A DNA stretch of 64,000 nt, taken from contig OZ252100.1 in assembly GCA_965248435.1 (NCBI GenBank), positions 2,880,001 through 2,944,000 of the forward strand, written 5' to 3'. Position numbers and translations under genes: made by a program. This stretch comes from Candidatus Latescibacterota bacterium. Its GTDB lineage: Bacteria > Latescibacterota > UBA2968 > GCA-2709665. This document shows positions 10,805 through 19,184 of the stretch, piece after piece (position 1 is the stretch's first letter; every line of letters starts with the position of its first letter). The notes beneath the pieces are model-generated. The model had not been told where the DNA came from and did no database searches. It was given only the letters and a program-made list of their open reading frames with translations.

Positions 10805-11830
10805 CTAGGGCGAACCAATGCGGATTGGGCTCGGGATAAAACAGAGCACGAAGACCGCCAGCGAGAGATACCCAATCCATTTGCGCGGCGGGTCCAATTC
10901 CGTGTGGGGATCGAGCGGCGGCGGGTGGCGGCGCCCCAGCATCATCGCGATGAACATCCACAGGAGCCAGCCGTGCCACCGGGAGGCGATCCACGCATCC
11001 GCAATCGACTCTGTGGTCAGCCAATGGTAAGGGGGACCAAAGGCCCAGAACAACCCCAGAAAAACAACGGCACCCTTCGAGATCAGTTCGTGCCGACCTC
11101 CGAAAATCGCGTAGATGATGTGGCCGCCATCAAACTGTCCGATCGGGAGCAAATTTAGAACTGTCACAAAAAGGCCCAGCCAACCCGCGAACCCTATCGG
11201 ATGGATGAACACGTCGTAGCCTTCCGGAAGGTCGCCGACAATCAGTTGGCCCAGCCAGGCGGTGAGAATAGAGTCGCCGAACACCAGCACATCCCCGGAT
11301 AGCTTTGAATGGGACACGACATCAGAAAGGTGGAGGCCAACCGCGAGCGCGACGACGGCCACCACGAATCCTGCCAGAGGTCCGGACGCCCCGATGTCGA
11401 AGAGCGCGCGGCGGTTCGGAATCCTGGACTTGATCTTTATCACCGCTCCGAGTGTGCCGATGATCGACGGAAAAGGGATGAAGAATGGAAGTGTCGCCCT
11501 CACCCGCCACCTTCGGGACGCGAAGTAATGCCCCATTTCGTGAATCCCCAGGATCATCAGCAACGTCGCCGAAAACGGCAGTCCCAGAACGAGATAATTG
11601 GGATCCAGGAGGATCCATAAACTGTCGAGACCGGGCCGAAGCTCCTCTGGATGAAGCGTCAACTTTGTGCTGAGCGCCAACTGCATGCCCGCAAGAGTGG
11701 TCGTATATGCTGTCAAAAGAAACAGGACCAGGTGCACCCACATCCGGTCCTGAGAAGCCCGGGATGATCCCACATGTTCAAAGTAGACCTCGCCCCGGCC
11801 GAGTTCTGTTCGCTCAGGCTCTCCGTTCAT
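10805..11830 (-). CDS. Site-2 protease (M50) family intramembrane metalloprotease
   Basis: HEMGH, GASGPLAG, LNLLPIGQFDGGH. Confidence 0.92.
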   Translation of the reverse strand: MNGEPERTELGRGEVYFEHVGSSRASQDRMWVHLVLFLLTAYTTTLAGMQLALSTKLTLHPEELRPGLDSLWILLDPNYLVLGLPFSATLLMILGIHEMGHYFASRRWRVRATLPFFIPFPSIIGTLGAVIKIKSRIPNRRALFDIGASGPLAGFVVAVVALAVGLHLSDVVSHSKLSGDVLVFGDSILTAWLGQLIVGDLPEGYDVFIHPIGFAGWLGLFVTVLNLLPIGQFDGGHIIYAIFGGRHELISKGAVVFLGLFWAFGPPYHWLTTESIADAWIASRWHGWLLWMFIAMMLGRRHPPPLDPHTELDPPRKWIGYLSLAVFVLCFIPSPIRIGSP

Positions 11831-12071
11831 CCTTCAACTCCGCTGCTCTCCCCACTCAAGTGGAATTTTATCCCTATAAATAGGTGTAAATAATGGAATA
11901 TAGCGTCAAAAATTAATATACTTTTCAGTTTTCTGAGATCGTTCATCAATATCCATTGTGGAATTCTTCCCAGCGTCAGTGCCTCCGCGGCGAGGCCATC
12001 AATTGGACAGCGGGCGCCGGATTCGGTAGCCTGTTTCAGTCGCCGTCTGCTGTCGGCCGTCCGCTGTCCGC

Positions 12072-12956
12072 TTATCTGATCCCGACTCCGATGCGGTGCG
12101 ATCCTCCGAACCCCAAGGATGACGGCACAAAGGCATATCCAACGCGCCAGTTCCTGCGCCGAACGCCGAAGCCGTAGGAGAAGTCCCTTGTATCACTGCC
12201 GGACCGGTATCCCATCCTGATGAAAATTGCCTCCCGATGCGAATACTCTGCCCCCAGATTCACGCCCCTGTCACTGTCCTTCGGGAAGCGTAGGTCCACA
12301 GATCCAGTGATCGGCCCTCTAACAACGGCCGCTCCCAGGCGTATCGTCCGCGGAAGCGGCACCCGTTCCTGACCCAGCCTTGCCGTGCGCCCCCAGTTTC
12401 GCTGAGCCGCGCCCAATGTCACCCCATCTATCGGGGTGCGATAGATGAAGCCCAGATCCACGGCGAAGCCCGACGCCGAATCCGAGCCTATCGCCTCGTG
12501 AAGCAGACGAATATTGGTTCCGACGTAGAGCCGTTGTCCGAATCGCTGTGAAACCGTAAAGCTCGCGTTCGATTCGAAAATGCTGAACGTACCGAGAGGC
12601 TCCGCGCTCGGTCCGGTTCGCGTTTCGAGGTCTCCCATCGAGTGAACACCCAGACTTATCCCGATCCCCCGTCTGCCGTTTCCATACGCCCAACCCGCGT
12701 ACGTCTGCCGGAGCCCTTGGAACGAGCTGTGATGCGAAACCAGAAAATCCTTTCTGGACAGCGCGGCAACCCCGCCCGGGTTCCAGAAGGAACCGGCCTG
12801 GTCCCCCACGACCGCGGTGTAGGCCTCTCCCATGGCGGCCGCTCTGGCTCCGATGCCTTCTCGAAGAAGGACGAATCCCACCCCTGATGCCGCCCCCTCG
12901 CCCCTCTCGGGAACCAGGGTCAAAATCAGGCAGATGATCGCGCCAAAACGGACCAA
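12072..12956 (-). CDS. PorV/PorQ-like outer-membrane beta-barrel (UPF0164-like)
   Basis: Signal peptide; GARAAAMGEAYTA...FWNPGG; beta-strand-rich C-terminus. Confidence 0.8.
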   Translation of the reverse strand: MVRFGAIICLILTLVPERGEGAASGVGFVLLREGIGARAAAMGEAYTAVVGDQAGSFWNPGGVAALSRKDFLVSHHSSFQGLRQTYAGWAYGNGRRGIGISLGVHSMGDLETRTGPSAEPLGTFSIFESNASFTVSQRFGQRLYVGTNIRLLHEAIGSDSASGFAVDLGFIYRTPIDGVTLGAAQRNWGRTARLGQERVPLPRTIRLGAAVVRGPITGSVDLRFPKDSDRGVNLGAEYSHREAIFIRMGYRSGSDTRDFSYGFGVRRRNWRVGYAFVPSSLGFGGSHRIGVGIR

Positions 12957-13077
12957 ATTGTCTTCTCCCAGGGTAAGTTCAGCAAGTTTAGAACGTTAAG
13001 CAAAGCGTCTGGGGGTGTCAATACCAAATCGTGAAATACCAGTATATTAGAGATTGACGACCCCGCTGAACAAACTG

Positions 13078-13106
13078 TTGACAGCGCCTTGACGGATCAT
13101 TACTTT
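13078..13106 (+). promoter_or_regulatory. Sigma-70 promoter upstream of riboswitch/tdh
   Basis: TTGACA-17 nt-TACTTT; predicted start near 13113, immediately before the aptamer. Confidence 0.75.
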
Positions 13107-13115
13107 AATACGACA

Positions 13116-13170
13116 GGAGTGGCAATTTGGGGCATATTGCAGCCACTTTAAACAAGCTGCTAAAAAGCCG
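13116..13170 (+). ncRNA. SAM-II (SAM_alpha-like) riboswitch aptamer
   Basis: GGAGUGGCAAUUUGGGGCAUAUUGCAGCCACUUUAAACAAGCUGCUAAAAAG has the SAM-II hallmarks: P1 AGUGGC/GCCACU, loop AUUU...UUGCA and 3' GCUAAA. Confidence 0.82.
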
Positions 13171-13206
13171 CCGAGAGCCCGGCCTCTAGTCGGGTCTCTT
13201 TGCTCT

Positions 13207-13239
13207 GTCCCGGTCTGCTTTGGCGACTGGGACTTTTTT
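13207..13239 (+). terminator. Intrinsic terminator in tdh leader (riboswitch expression platform)
   Basis: GTCCCGGTC...GACTGGGAC stem followed by TTTTTT, 42 nt before the tdh ATG. Confidence 0.75.
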
Positions 13240-13281
13240 GTGGAAAGGATTAGAGTCGTGGACAAACAGATTCCGAAGGTG

Positions 13282-14400
13282 ATGAAGGCCATCCGAAAGG
13301 CCGAAACCGGCGCTGGGCTCGTAGTGGAAGAGATCCCGACACCCCAGCCCGGCCCCTACGATGCGCTCGTAGAAATCGAAGCCGCGAGCGTGTGCGGCAC
13401 CGATCTCCACATCTGGAAGTGGGACGAATGGAGCCAGCAGCGCATCAAGCCTCCGATAACAGTCGGACACGAGTTCTCGGGAACGGTCGTAGAGGTCGGG
13501 GAACTCACGAACCAGATCAAAGTGGGCGACTATGTCTCTGCAGAAAGTCACATCACGTGCGGACACTGTTTCCAATGCCGGACGGGCCAGGCACATATGT
13601 GTCCACGGACTCAGATCCTTGGCGTGGATCGGGACGGTGCGTTCGCAGACTTCGTGGTCGTTCCGGAGTCAGTCCTTTGGCAGAATGACCGGGAGAAGCT
13701 TCCACCTGAGATCGCCACGCTCCAGGAGCCCTTCGGGAACGCCGTCTATGCGACGCTCACCCACGACCTCGCGGGCCAGACCGTCGCCGTCTTCGGCTGC
13801 GGCCCGATAGGCCTGTTCAGCATCGGCATCGCCAGCGCCTCTGGAGCTGCGGCGGTGTTCGCCGTGGACCCGGTCGACTACCGGCTCGGGCTCGCGAAGA
13901 AGATGGGCGCAACGCACACGGTCTGTCCAGGGAGCAAAGACGAGGCCGTAGAACAGATTCTGGATTCTAACGAAGGCTTTGGGGTCGACATCGTCCTCGA
14001 GATGAGTGGAGCGCCCGCAGGGATCACCGACGCCTTTCGCACGGTTCGGAACGGAGGCGGGATGACCCTGTTCGGCATCCCGTCCAATCCGGTCGAGATC
14101 GACGTCGCGGAAAACATGATCTTCAAGAACCTCACCGTCTTCGCGCTCAATGGTAGACGAATCTGGGACACCTGGTACAAGACGCGTTGGCTCCTCGAAA
14201 GTGGCGTCGTGGACCTGCGCCCCCTCATTACCCGGGAAATCGGACTCGATGAAATAGATGAGGCCCTGGAGCTCCTGTCCGCCGGCGAGGCCTGCAAAAT
14301 CGTCATCCGCCCGGATGCAGTGTCCAAGACGCCCCCCTCTACGACGGAGCGTCTCCAGGCAGAGGACCCGAACATCCGGGGACAGGCCGTCCACCTTTAG
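13282..14400 (+). CDS. tdh: L-threonine 3-dehydrogenase
   Basis: VCGTDLHIWKWDEWSQ, GHEFSG, SAESHITCGHCFQCRTG...HMC, QEPFGNAV, GCGPIG, LEMSG, NGRRIWDTW. Confidence 0.9.
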   Translation: MKAIRKAETGAGLVVEEIPTPQPGPYDALVEIEAASVCGTDLHIWKWDEWSQQRIKPPITVGHEFSGTVVEVGELTNQIKVGDYVSAESHITCGHCFQCRTGQAHMCPRTQILGVDRDGAFADFVVVPESVLWQNDREKLPPEIATLQEPFGNAVYATLTHDLAGQTVAVFGCGPIGLFSIGIASASGAAAVFAVDPVDYRLGLAKKMGATHTVCPGSKDEAVEQILDSNEGFGVDIVLEMSGAPAGITDAFRTVRNGGGMTLFGIPSNPVEIDVAENMIFKNLTVFALNGRRIWDTWYKTRWLLESGVVDLRPLITREIGLDEIDEALELLSAGEACKIVIRPDAVSKTPPSTTERLQAEDPNIRGQAVHL

Positions 14401-14403
14401 ATG

Positions 14404-14529
14404 CGTATCTCGTATCTCGTGAAGCGTATCTCGTTGGTATGTACCCTGTAGTTCACAAATACAGTTACTCAAGAATTCTGCGCAGCTAATTAGCTCGAGA
14501 AATGACGAGCCCACGAGATACGAGATACG
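14404..14529. repeat. 126-bp segment bounded by a perfect 18-bp inverted repeat of CGTATCT heptamers
   Basis: CGTATCTCGTATCTCGTG (14404-14421) and CACGAGATACGAGATACG (14512-14529). Confidence 0.8.
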
Positions 14530-14551
14530 TTCTTCCAGAAGCGAGCATAGG

Positions 14552-15535
14552 ATGGACTCCTCCACGCGATTCAAAGAAGCTAGAGACCGAGGCGGCGCCT
14601 ACCTTCTTGCGCGGCAGGCAGAGGATGGCGCATTCCCCGCCGAGGCGCCCAACCTCCACGAGTACTACAAAGCGCTGAGAGCCTTCCAGGTCTGCGGTCA
14701 CACCGACGCGGCCAATCGCCTCTGCAACTGGATCCGAAATCACGGGATGACGGTTGACGGAGACTTCGGCCCCCGGAGTGGAATGGCCCTGGGACACAAT
14801 TACGCCTACCTGAACGCATGGGTTGTCATCGGGGCCCACCGGCTCGGACAGTTCGATCTCTCGACGAAAGGAATGGACTTCCTCTCTCGTTTCTGGGACC
14901 CGAACACCGGGGGATTCTATGCGAGCCCCTCAGGCCGTGACCCCGACACAAAACAGGACTTGATGGTCACGTGTATGTGCGGACTGGCCGCTCTCTACAC
15001 CGGGAGGATGGAGATCGCCGGGGCGGTCGGAGATTGGCTCCAGACCGTGTTGATGGCACAGCCCGATTTCCCCGAGCGGCTGTATACCGTCTACACCAGG
15101 GAGAACGGCTTGCTGACCGAACCCGATCCCGAAGATGAAACACGCTATGTCCTCCACAGCGACGCCACCCGAGACGAGAACTTTTTCAACCCGGGGATCG
15201 CCGGGGCGTTCCTCGCCCGCCTCTTCCAGACCACAGCAGAGAAGTCCTGGTTGGACCTCGCGATCGAATACATGCGATGCGCGGAGGTGGCGAGCGATTT
15301 CCTGTTCCGGATCGTGCGCGCCGGAAAGGTGGGATGGGCGGCCTCGATCCTCTACACCCTCACGGGTGAAGAGAAATACAGGGAGATGGCCATCCGCATC
15401 GGCGACAACCTTATCGCCCTGCAGGCGGGTGAAGGCTATTGGAAGGGGGGCGGTGGGGACGCGCCGAGCAACGACTCCACCGCTGAACGGGTCGCGTGGA
15501 TGGATGAAATCTATCAGGCCGTGAGTCAGGAGTAG
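14552..15535 (+). CDS. Hypothetical protein, probable (alpha/alpha)-toroid (prenyltransferase / six-hairpin glycosidase-like)
   Basis: Repeated helical units with QxxDGxF / QxxEGxW-like motifs. Confidence 0.6.
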   Translation: MDSSTRFKEARDRGGAYLLARQAEDGAFPAEAPNLHEYYKALRAFQVCGHTDAANRLCNWIRNHGMTVDGDFGPRSGMALGHNYAYLNAWVVIGAHRLGQFDLSTKGMDFLSRFWDPNTGGFYASPSGRDPDTKQDLMVTCMCGLAALYTGRMEIAGAVGDWLQTVLMAQPDFPERLYTVYTRENGLLTEPDPEDETRYVLHSDATRDENFFNPGIAGAFLARLFQTTAEKSWLDLAIEYMRCAEVASDFLFRIVRAGKVGWAASILYTLTGEEKYREMAIRIGDNLIALQAGEGYWKGGGGDAPSNDSTAERVAWMDEIYQAVSQE

Positions 15536-15563
15536 AAGAACCTCCTCAGAAAGGAACCGCCGC

Positions 15564-17165
15564 GTGGCCGACCTGGATACCGTCTCCCTCTACATAGATG
15601 ACGAACCCCAGTTTTTCTTCGACAACGGAATCATCGAGTCCGTCCACAATCTGACCCGGACGCTCCACAGCCCCGAAAAGAGTGACGCGAACCCGGTCAT
15701 CCAGAGCGATAAGCCGTGGGAGTATGTGACTTACTTCACGGGAAACGGCTACCACGTCTGGGGAGACACCGCGACCGGGCGAATCCACTGCCTCTACACG
15801 AGCTGGAAATTCGATCGGGAAAAGAGAGCCCCGGGCGTCAGCCTCGTAAACTGGCAGCACTCCCGGCTTCGTCAATGCTATGCCTACTCTGACGATGGCG
15901 TCGAGTGGATCAAACCCCCCATGGGGATCCAGAAGGAGGACGGTCACGACACCAACATAGTCTTCGGTACCGAAGACTATGGTTCCGTCTACTCTACGAA
16001 CGCAGTAGAAGACCCGTTCGAAGAAGACCCGGAAAAACGGTTCAAGGCCGTCTACACATACGTGGCGCCGGGCGGAGACAGTTCGGCCATCAAGCGTGCG
16101 GCCCATTCACCCGACGGCATTCACTGGACGCCCTACGAAAAGGCGCCCTCCTTCGGGAAGCAGGGCGACCACCTCGGCGACGTCTTCGTCGGCGCTCTCG
16201 ACCCTGCAAGCAGGACCTACATCGCCCTGACCCGACATCCCTGGATGGGTAACGCACCCCGGACCCGCGGCCCGAGCTACGACCTGGTCGTCGGCGGGCC
16301 GGGATTCGACAACACGATCGGGCCGGCCAACAGGCGCAACCGCAGACGCATCTTCCAGACGGAAAGCCGCGACTTCCTGAACTGGTCCGAGCCGCGCGCC
16401 GTCCTCGCCCCCGATCCGGAAATCGACAACCTGGACGACTCCTTCTATACCATGACGCCGATGTGGCTCGGGGGCCAGTGGCTCGGATTCATCGCCGTGT
16501 TTCACATGGTCAGCAACACCTTCACGGTTCAACTCGCACACAGCCGCGACGGCAGAAACTGGAACAGAATCGCGCCGGGACGCACCTGGTTGGACCGGGG
16601 CCCGGTCGGGTCCTGGGAAGAATTCATGGTGAACGTCTCTGCCGCACCCGTTGTGGTGGGGGATGAACTGTTCGTTTACTACGGCGGGTCGAAGAACCAC
16701 CACGACTGGTGGTTCTCCGGGCACGAAAAGAACATGGATGTCCCCGAGACCAAAGGGTGGGATCACGTCGGCTACCACCTCGGCCTGGCCAGAATGCGAA
16801 ATGAAGGATTCGTTTCCCTCGGGGCGCACCGCGTGCGCGAGGGACTGCTCCAGACGCAGCCGTTTGGATCCTACGGCGACCGACTGATCATCAACGCGGC
16901 CTGCGGGCCCGAGGGCTACATCAAGGTCGAGGTCACCGACCCTTCGGGAAAGGCCATAACGGGAAATGCCCTGGACGACGCAGATGTCTTCACGGGTGAC
17001 GCCACACGTCACGAAGTGACGTGGAAGGGCGATCCAACAGTCCGCACGCCTGAAGCGAAGGCCGATTGGAAGACCCGCCGGGCGCCCTACCGCGCGCTCC
17101 GATTCGTCATGCGCGACGCCGAACTCTATTCCTTCCGTCTGCTCAACAGTGAGAATTCGGCTTGA
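15564..17165 (+). CDS. Hypothetical glycoside hydrolase-like beta-propeller protein (GH32/43/130-like)
   Basis: Asp-box-like SDDGVEW, SPDGIHW, SRDFLNW, SRDGRNW; C-terminal LRFVMRDAELYSF. Confidence 0.7.
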   Translation: MADLDTVSLYIDDEPQFFFDNGIIESVHNLTRTLHSPEKSDANPVIQSDKPWEYVTYFTGNGYHVWGDTATGRIHCLYTSWKFDREKRAPGVSLVNWQHSRLRQCYAYSDDGVEWIKPPMGIQKEDGHDTNIVFGTEDYGSVYSTNAVEDPFEEDPEKRFKAVYTYVAPGGDSSAIKRAAHSPDGIHWTPYEKAPSFGKQGDHLGDVFVGALDPASRTYIALTRHPWMGNAPRTRGPSYDLVVGGPGFDNTIGPANRRNRRRIFQTESRDFLNWSEPRAVLAPDPEIDNLDDSFYTMTPMWLGGQWLGFIAVFHMVSNTFTVQLAHSRDGRNWNRIAPGRTWLDRGPVGSWEEFMVNVSAAPVVVGDELFVYYGGSKNHHDWWFSGHEKNMDVPETKGWDHVGYHLGLARMRNEGFVSLGAHRVREGLLQTQPFGSYGDRLIINAACGPEGYIKVEVTDPSGKAITGNALDDADVFTGDATRHEVTWKGDPTVRTPEAKADWKTRRAPYRALRFVMRDAELYSFRLLNSENSA

Positions 17166-17269
17166 GCGAGAACAATAGACTCGACCTATGCCCCATTACT
17201 CCTGACTGACCCTTTTCCAAACACAGCACATTCCTTAGGTGTAGAGCTTACTCTTCCCCCTTTAAAAAA

Positions 17270-17709
17270 GGTTCTTCGCCGAATGTTGGGGTTAAGGTAT
17301 TAAGCTCTAATTCTAGACTCGCCCGCTGCCGGCGTCTCTGTAACTCACGAGATGCATCGCTCAAAGTCATCAGGGCCGCGGTGTGCGACTCCCTTGCAAC
17401 CTCGTTCTTCTACCTCCCACGCGGTTAGGCCCTCTGGGCCGGTCCCATAGGGGGCGTTCTGCGGGGCAGGAGTCCCGCCCTGATTGCCGCCCCCGTCCTT
17501 TCCACTGAGGGTGAGGTGCCGCGGCCCGAGCCCCCGCGGCGTTTGAGCGGCGCCCTTCTTTTGTCTACTTTTCTTGTGGCGAGACAAGAAAAGTAGACCG
17601 CCGGAGGCATGGGGTTCTTGGGTGGGACGAACAGCTTAGGGAGCAAGGAGAGATAGCCACTTTTTCCTCGAAATCTGCTCATGCCCTCCCCTAAATTCGG
17701 TGAAGAGTC
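17270..17709. mobile_element. Non-autonomous ISL3-type MITE (440 bp)
   Basis: Imperfect 22-bp terminal inverted repeats (17/22) starting GGTTCTTCG; flanking 8-mers TTAAAAAA and TTGAAAAA; no transposase ORF. Confidence 0.6.
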
Positions 17710-17813
17710 TTGAAAAAGGGGGACTGAGGGGGATTTGATTTTGTTACAAACATTCATCGAAGAATTATCTTGAGTCGTCTGATATTCCCCATCACTCAAG
17801 AAGGACAGTAGAG

Positions 17814-19172
17814 ATGCCGCCAAATTCGAAACAGACCCGAACCGAATCCGATCTGCTCGGCGAAATCGAAGTCCCCACCGAGGCACTATACGGGGCATGG
17901 ACGCAGCGGGCCGTCTTGAACTTTCCCACAGGTAATCAGAGGACGATCGGGAGCCTGCCCGTCCTCATCGAAGGGTTGATGGCCATCAAGCAGGCCGCGG
18001 CACGCGTGAACGCCCGCAACGGTTTTTTGCCACAAGAAAAAGCGAATGCGATCGTCGACGCTGCTAAGTCGGTTCTGAGCGAACCGCACTTCGATCAGTT
18101 TCCCGTCCACGCCCTCCACGGCGGCGGCGGCACAAGCGCCAACATGAACACGAACGAGGTCGTGGCGAACCTGGCCGAAGAGCGCCTGGGTGGAACGCGC
18201 GGACAGTACCGGATCATCCACCCGAACGACCACGTCTCCCTGCATCAGTCCACGAACGACGTCTATCCCACCGCGTGTCACATCGCCATTCTCCTCCAGT
18301 GGCCGGCGGTCGAGAGCGCATTCGATCGGCTGCGACTGTCACTCGAGAAAAGGGCGGATGAACTCCGCGATCAGCGCAGAATCGGTCGAACCTGTCTGCA
18401 GGACGCGGTCGACATCACCTTCGGTGATCTGCTGGGCGGGTATGCCTCGTATTTGAAGCGAGCTGGCGGAAGGGTAAGCGAAGCTGTGGATGAGCTCCAC
18501 AGCGTGAACCTGGGAGGAACGATCGTTGGAAGGCCGGAAGATGTGCCGGAACCCTACTTCGATCAGATCGTGGCCGAACTCGCCGAAGTCACGGACGACG
18601 CCGCGTTCAGGAGAGCAGACAACCTGTTCGATGCGGCACAGAATCTGGACGACGTGGCCAACGTCGCTTCACAGCTCGACGGCCTGGCGCGTGGATTGAT
18701 CAAAATCGGTCAGGACTTCCGATGGATGGGTTCGGGGCCGGAGGCTGGGCTTCAGGAAGTCGAGCTTCCCCCGATGCAGCCCGGCTCAACGTGCATGCCA
18801 GGGAAACTGAACCCTGTGATTCCCGAATTTCTGATCCAGGCCGGATTTCAGGTCATCGGCTCCAATGCGGCGTGCCAGGTCGCCCTGGAGCACGGTGAAC
18901 TGGACATCAACATCTGGGAGAGCACGTTCGTTTTCAATATCCTCGAAGCCATGGAGATGCTCACCACGGCCGTGACGCAATTCGAGGAGAGATGTATTCG
19001 CGGCTTCGTTGTGAACGAGGAGCGAAACAGCCGCAACGCCGATTCCATCATCGCCCTTTTGAGACGACTGACCCTGCGCTACGGCTATTCGAAGATCAGC
19101 GACGTCTGCAGGGAATCCTATCAGGATCCGGATCGGTTGAGAGAGCTGCTGAGTGAACGCGGCTATGTCTAG
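17814..19172 (+). CDS. Aspartate ammonia-lyase / fumarase superfamily lyase
   Basis: GGGGTSANMNTNEV, HPNDHVSLHQSTNDVYPT, PGSTCMPGKLNPVIPE. Confidence 0.85.
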   Translation: MPPNSKQTRTESDLLGEIEVPTEALYGAWTQRAVLNFPTGNQRTIGSLPVLIEGLMAIKQAAARVNARNGFLPQEKANAIVDAAKSVLSEPHFDQFPVHALHGGGGTSANMNTNEVVANLAEERLGGTRGQYRIIHPNDHVSLHQSTNDVYPTACHIAILLQWPAVESAFDRLRLSLEKRADELRDQRRIGRTCLQDAVDITFGDLLGGYASYLKRAGGRVSEAVDELHSVNLGGTIVGRPEDVPEPYFDQIVAELAEVTDDAAFRRADNLFDAAQNLDDVANVASQLDGLARGLIKIGQDFRWMGSGPEAGLQEVELPPMQPGSTCMPGKLNPVIPEFLIQAGFQVIGSNAACQVALEHGELDINIWESTFVFNILEAMEMLTTAVTQFEERCIRGFVVNEERNSRNADSIIALLRRLTLRYGYSKISDVCRESYQDPDRLRELLSERGYV

Positions 19173-19184
19173 CTGACCTGCAAG

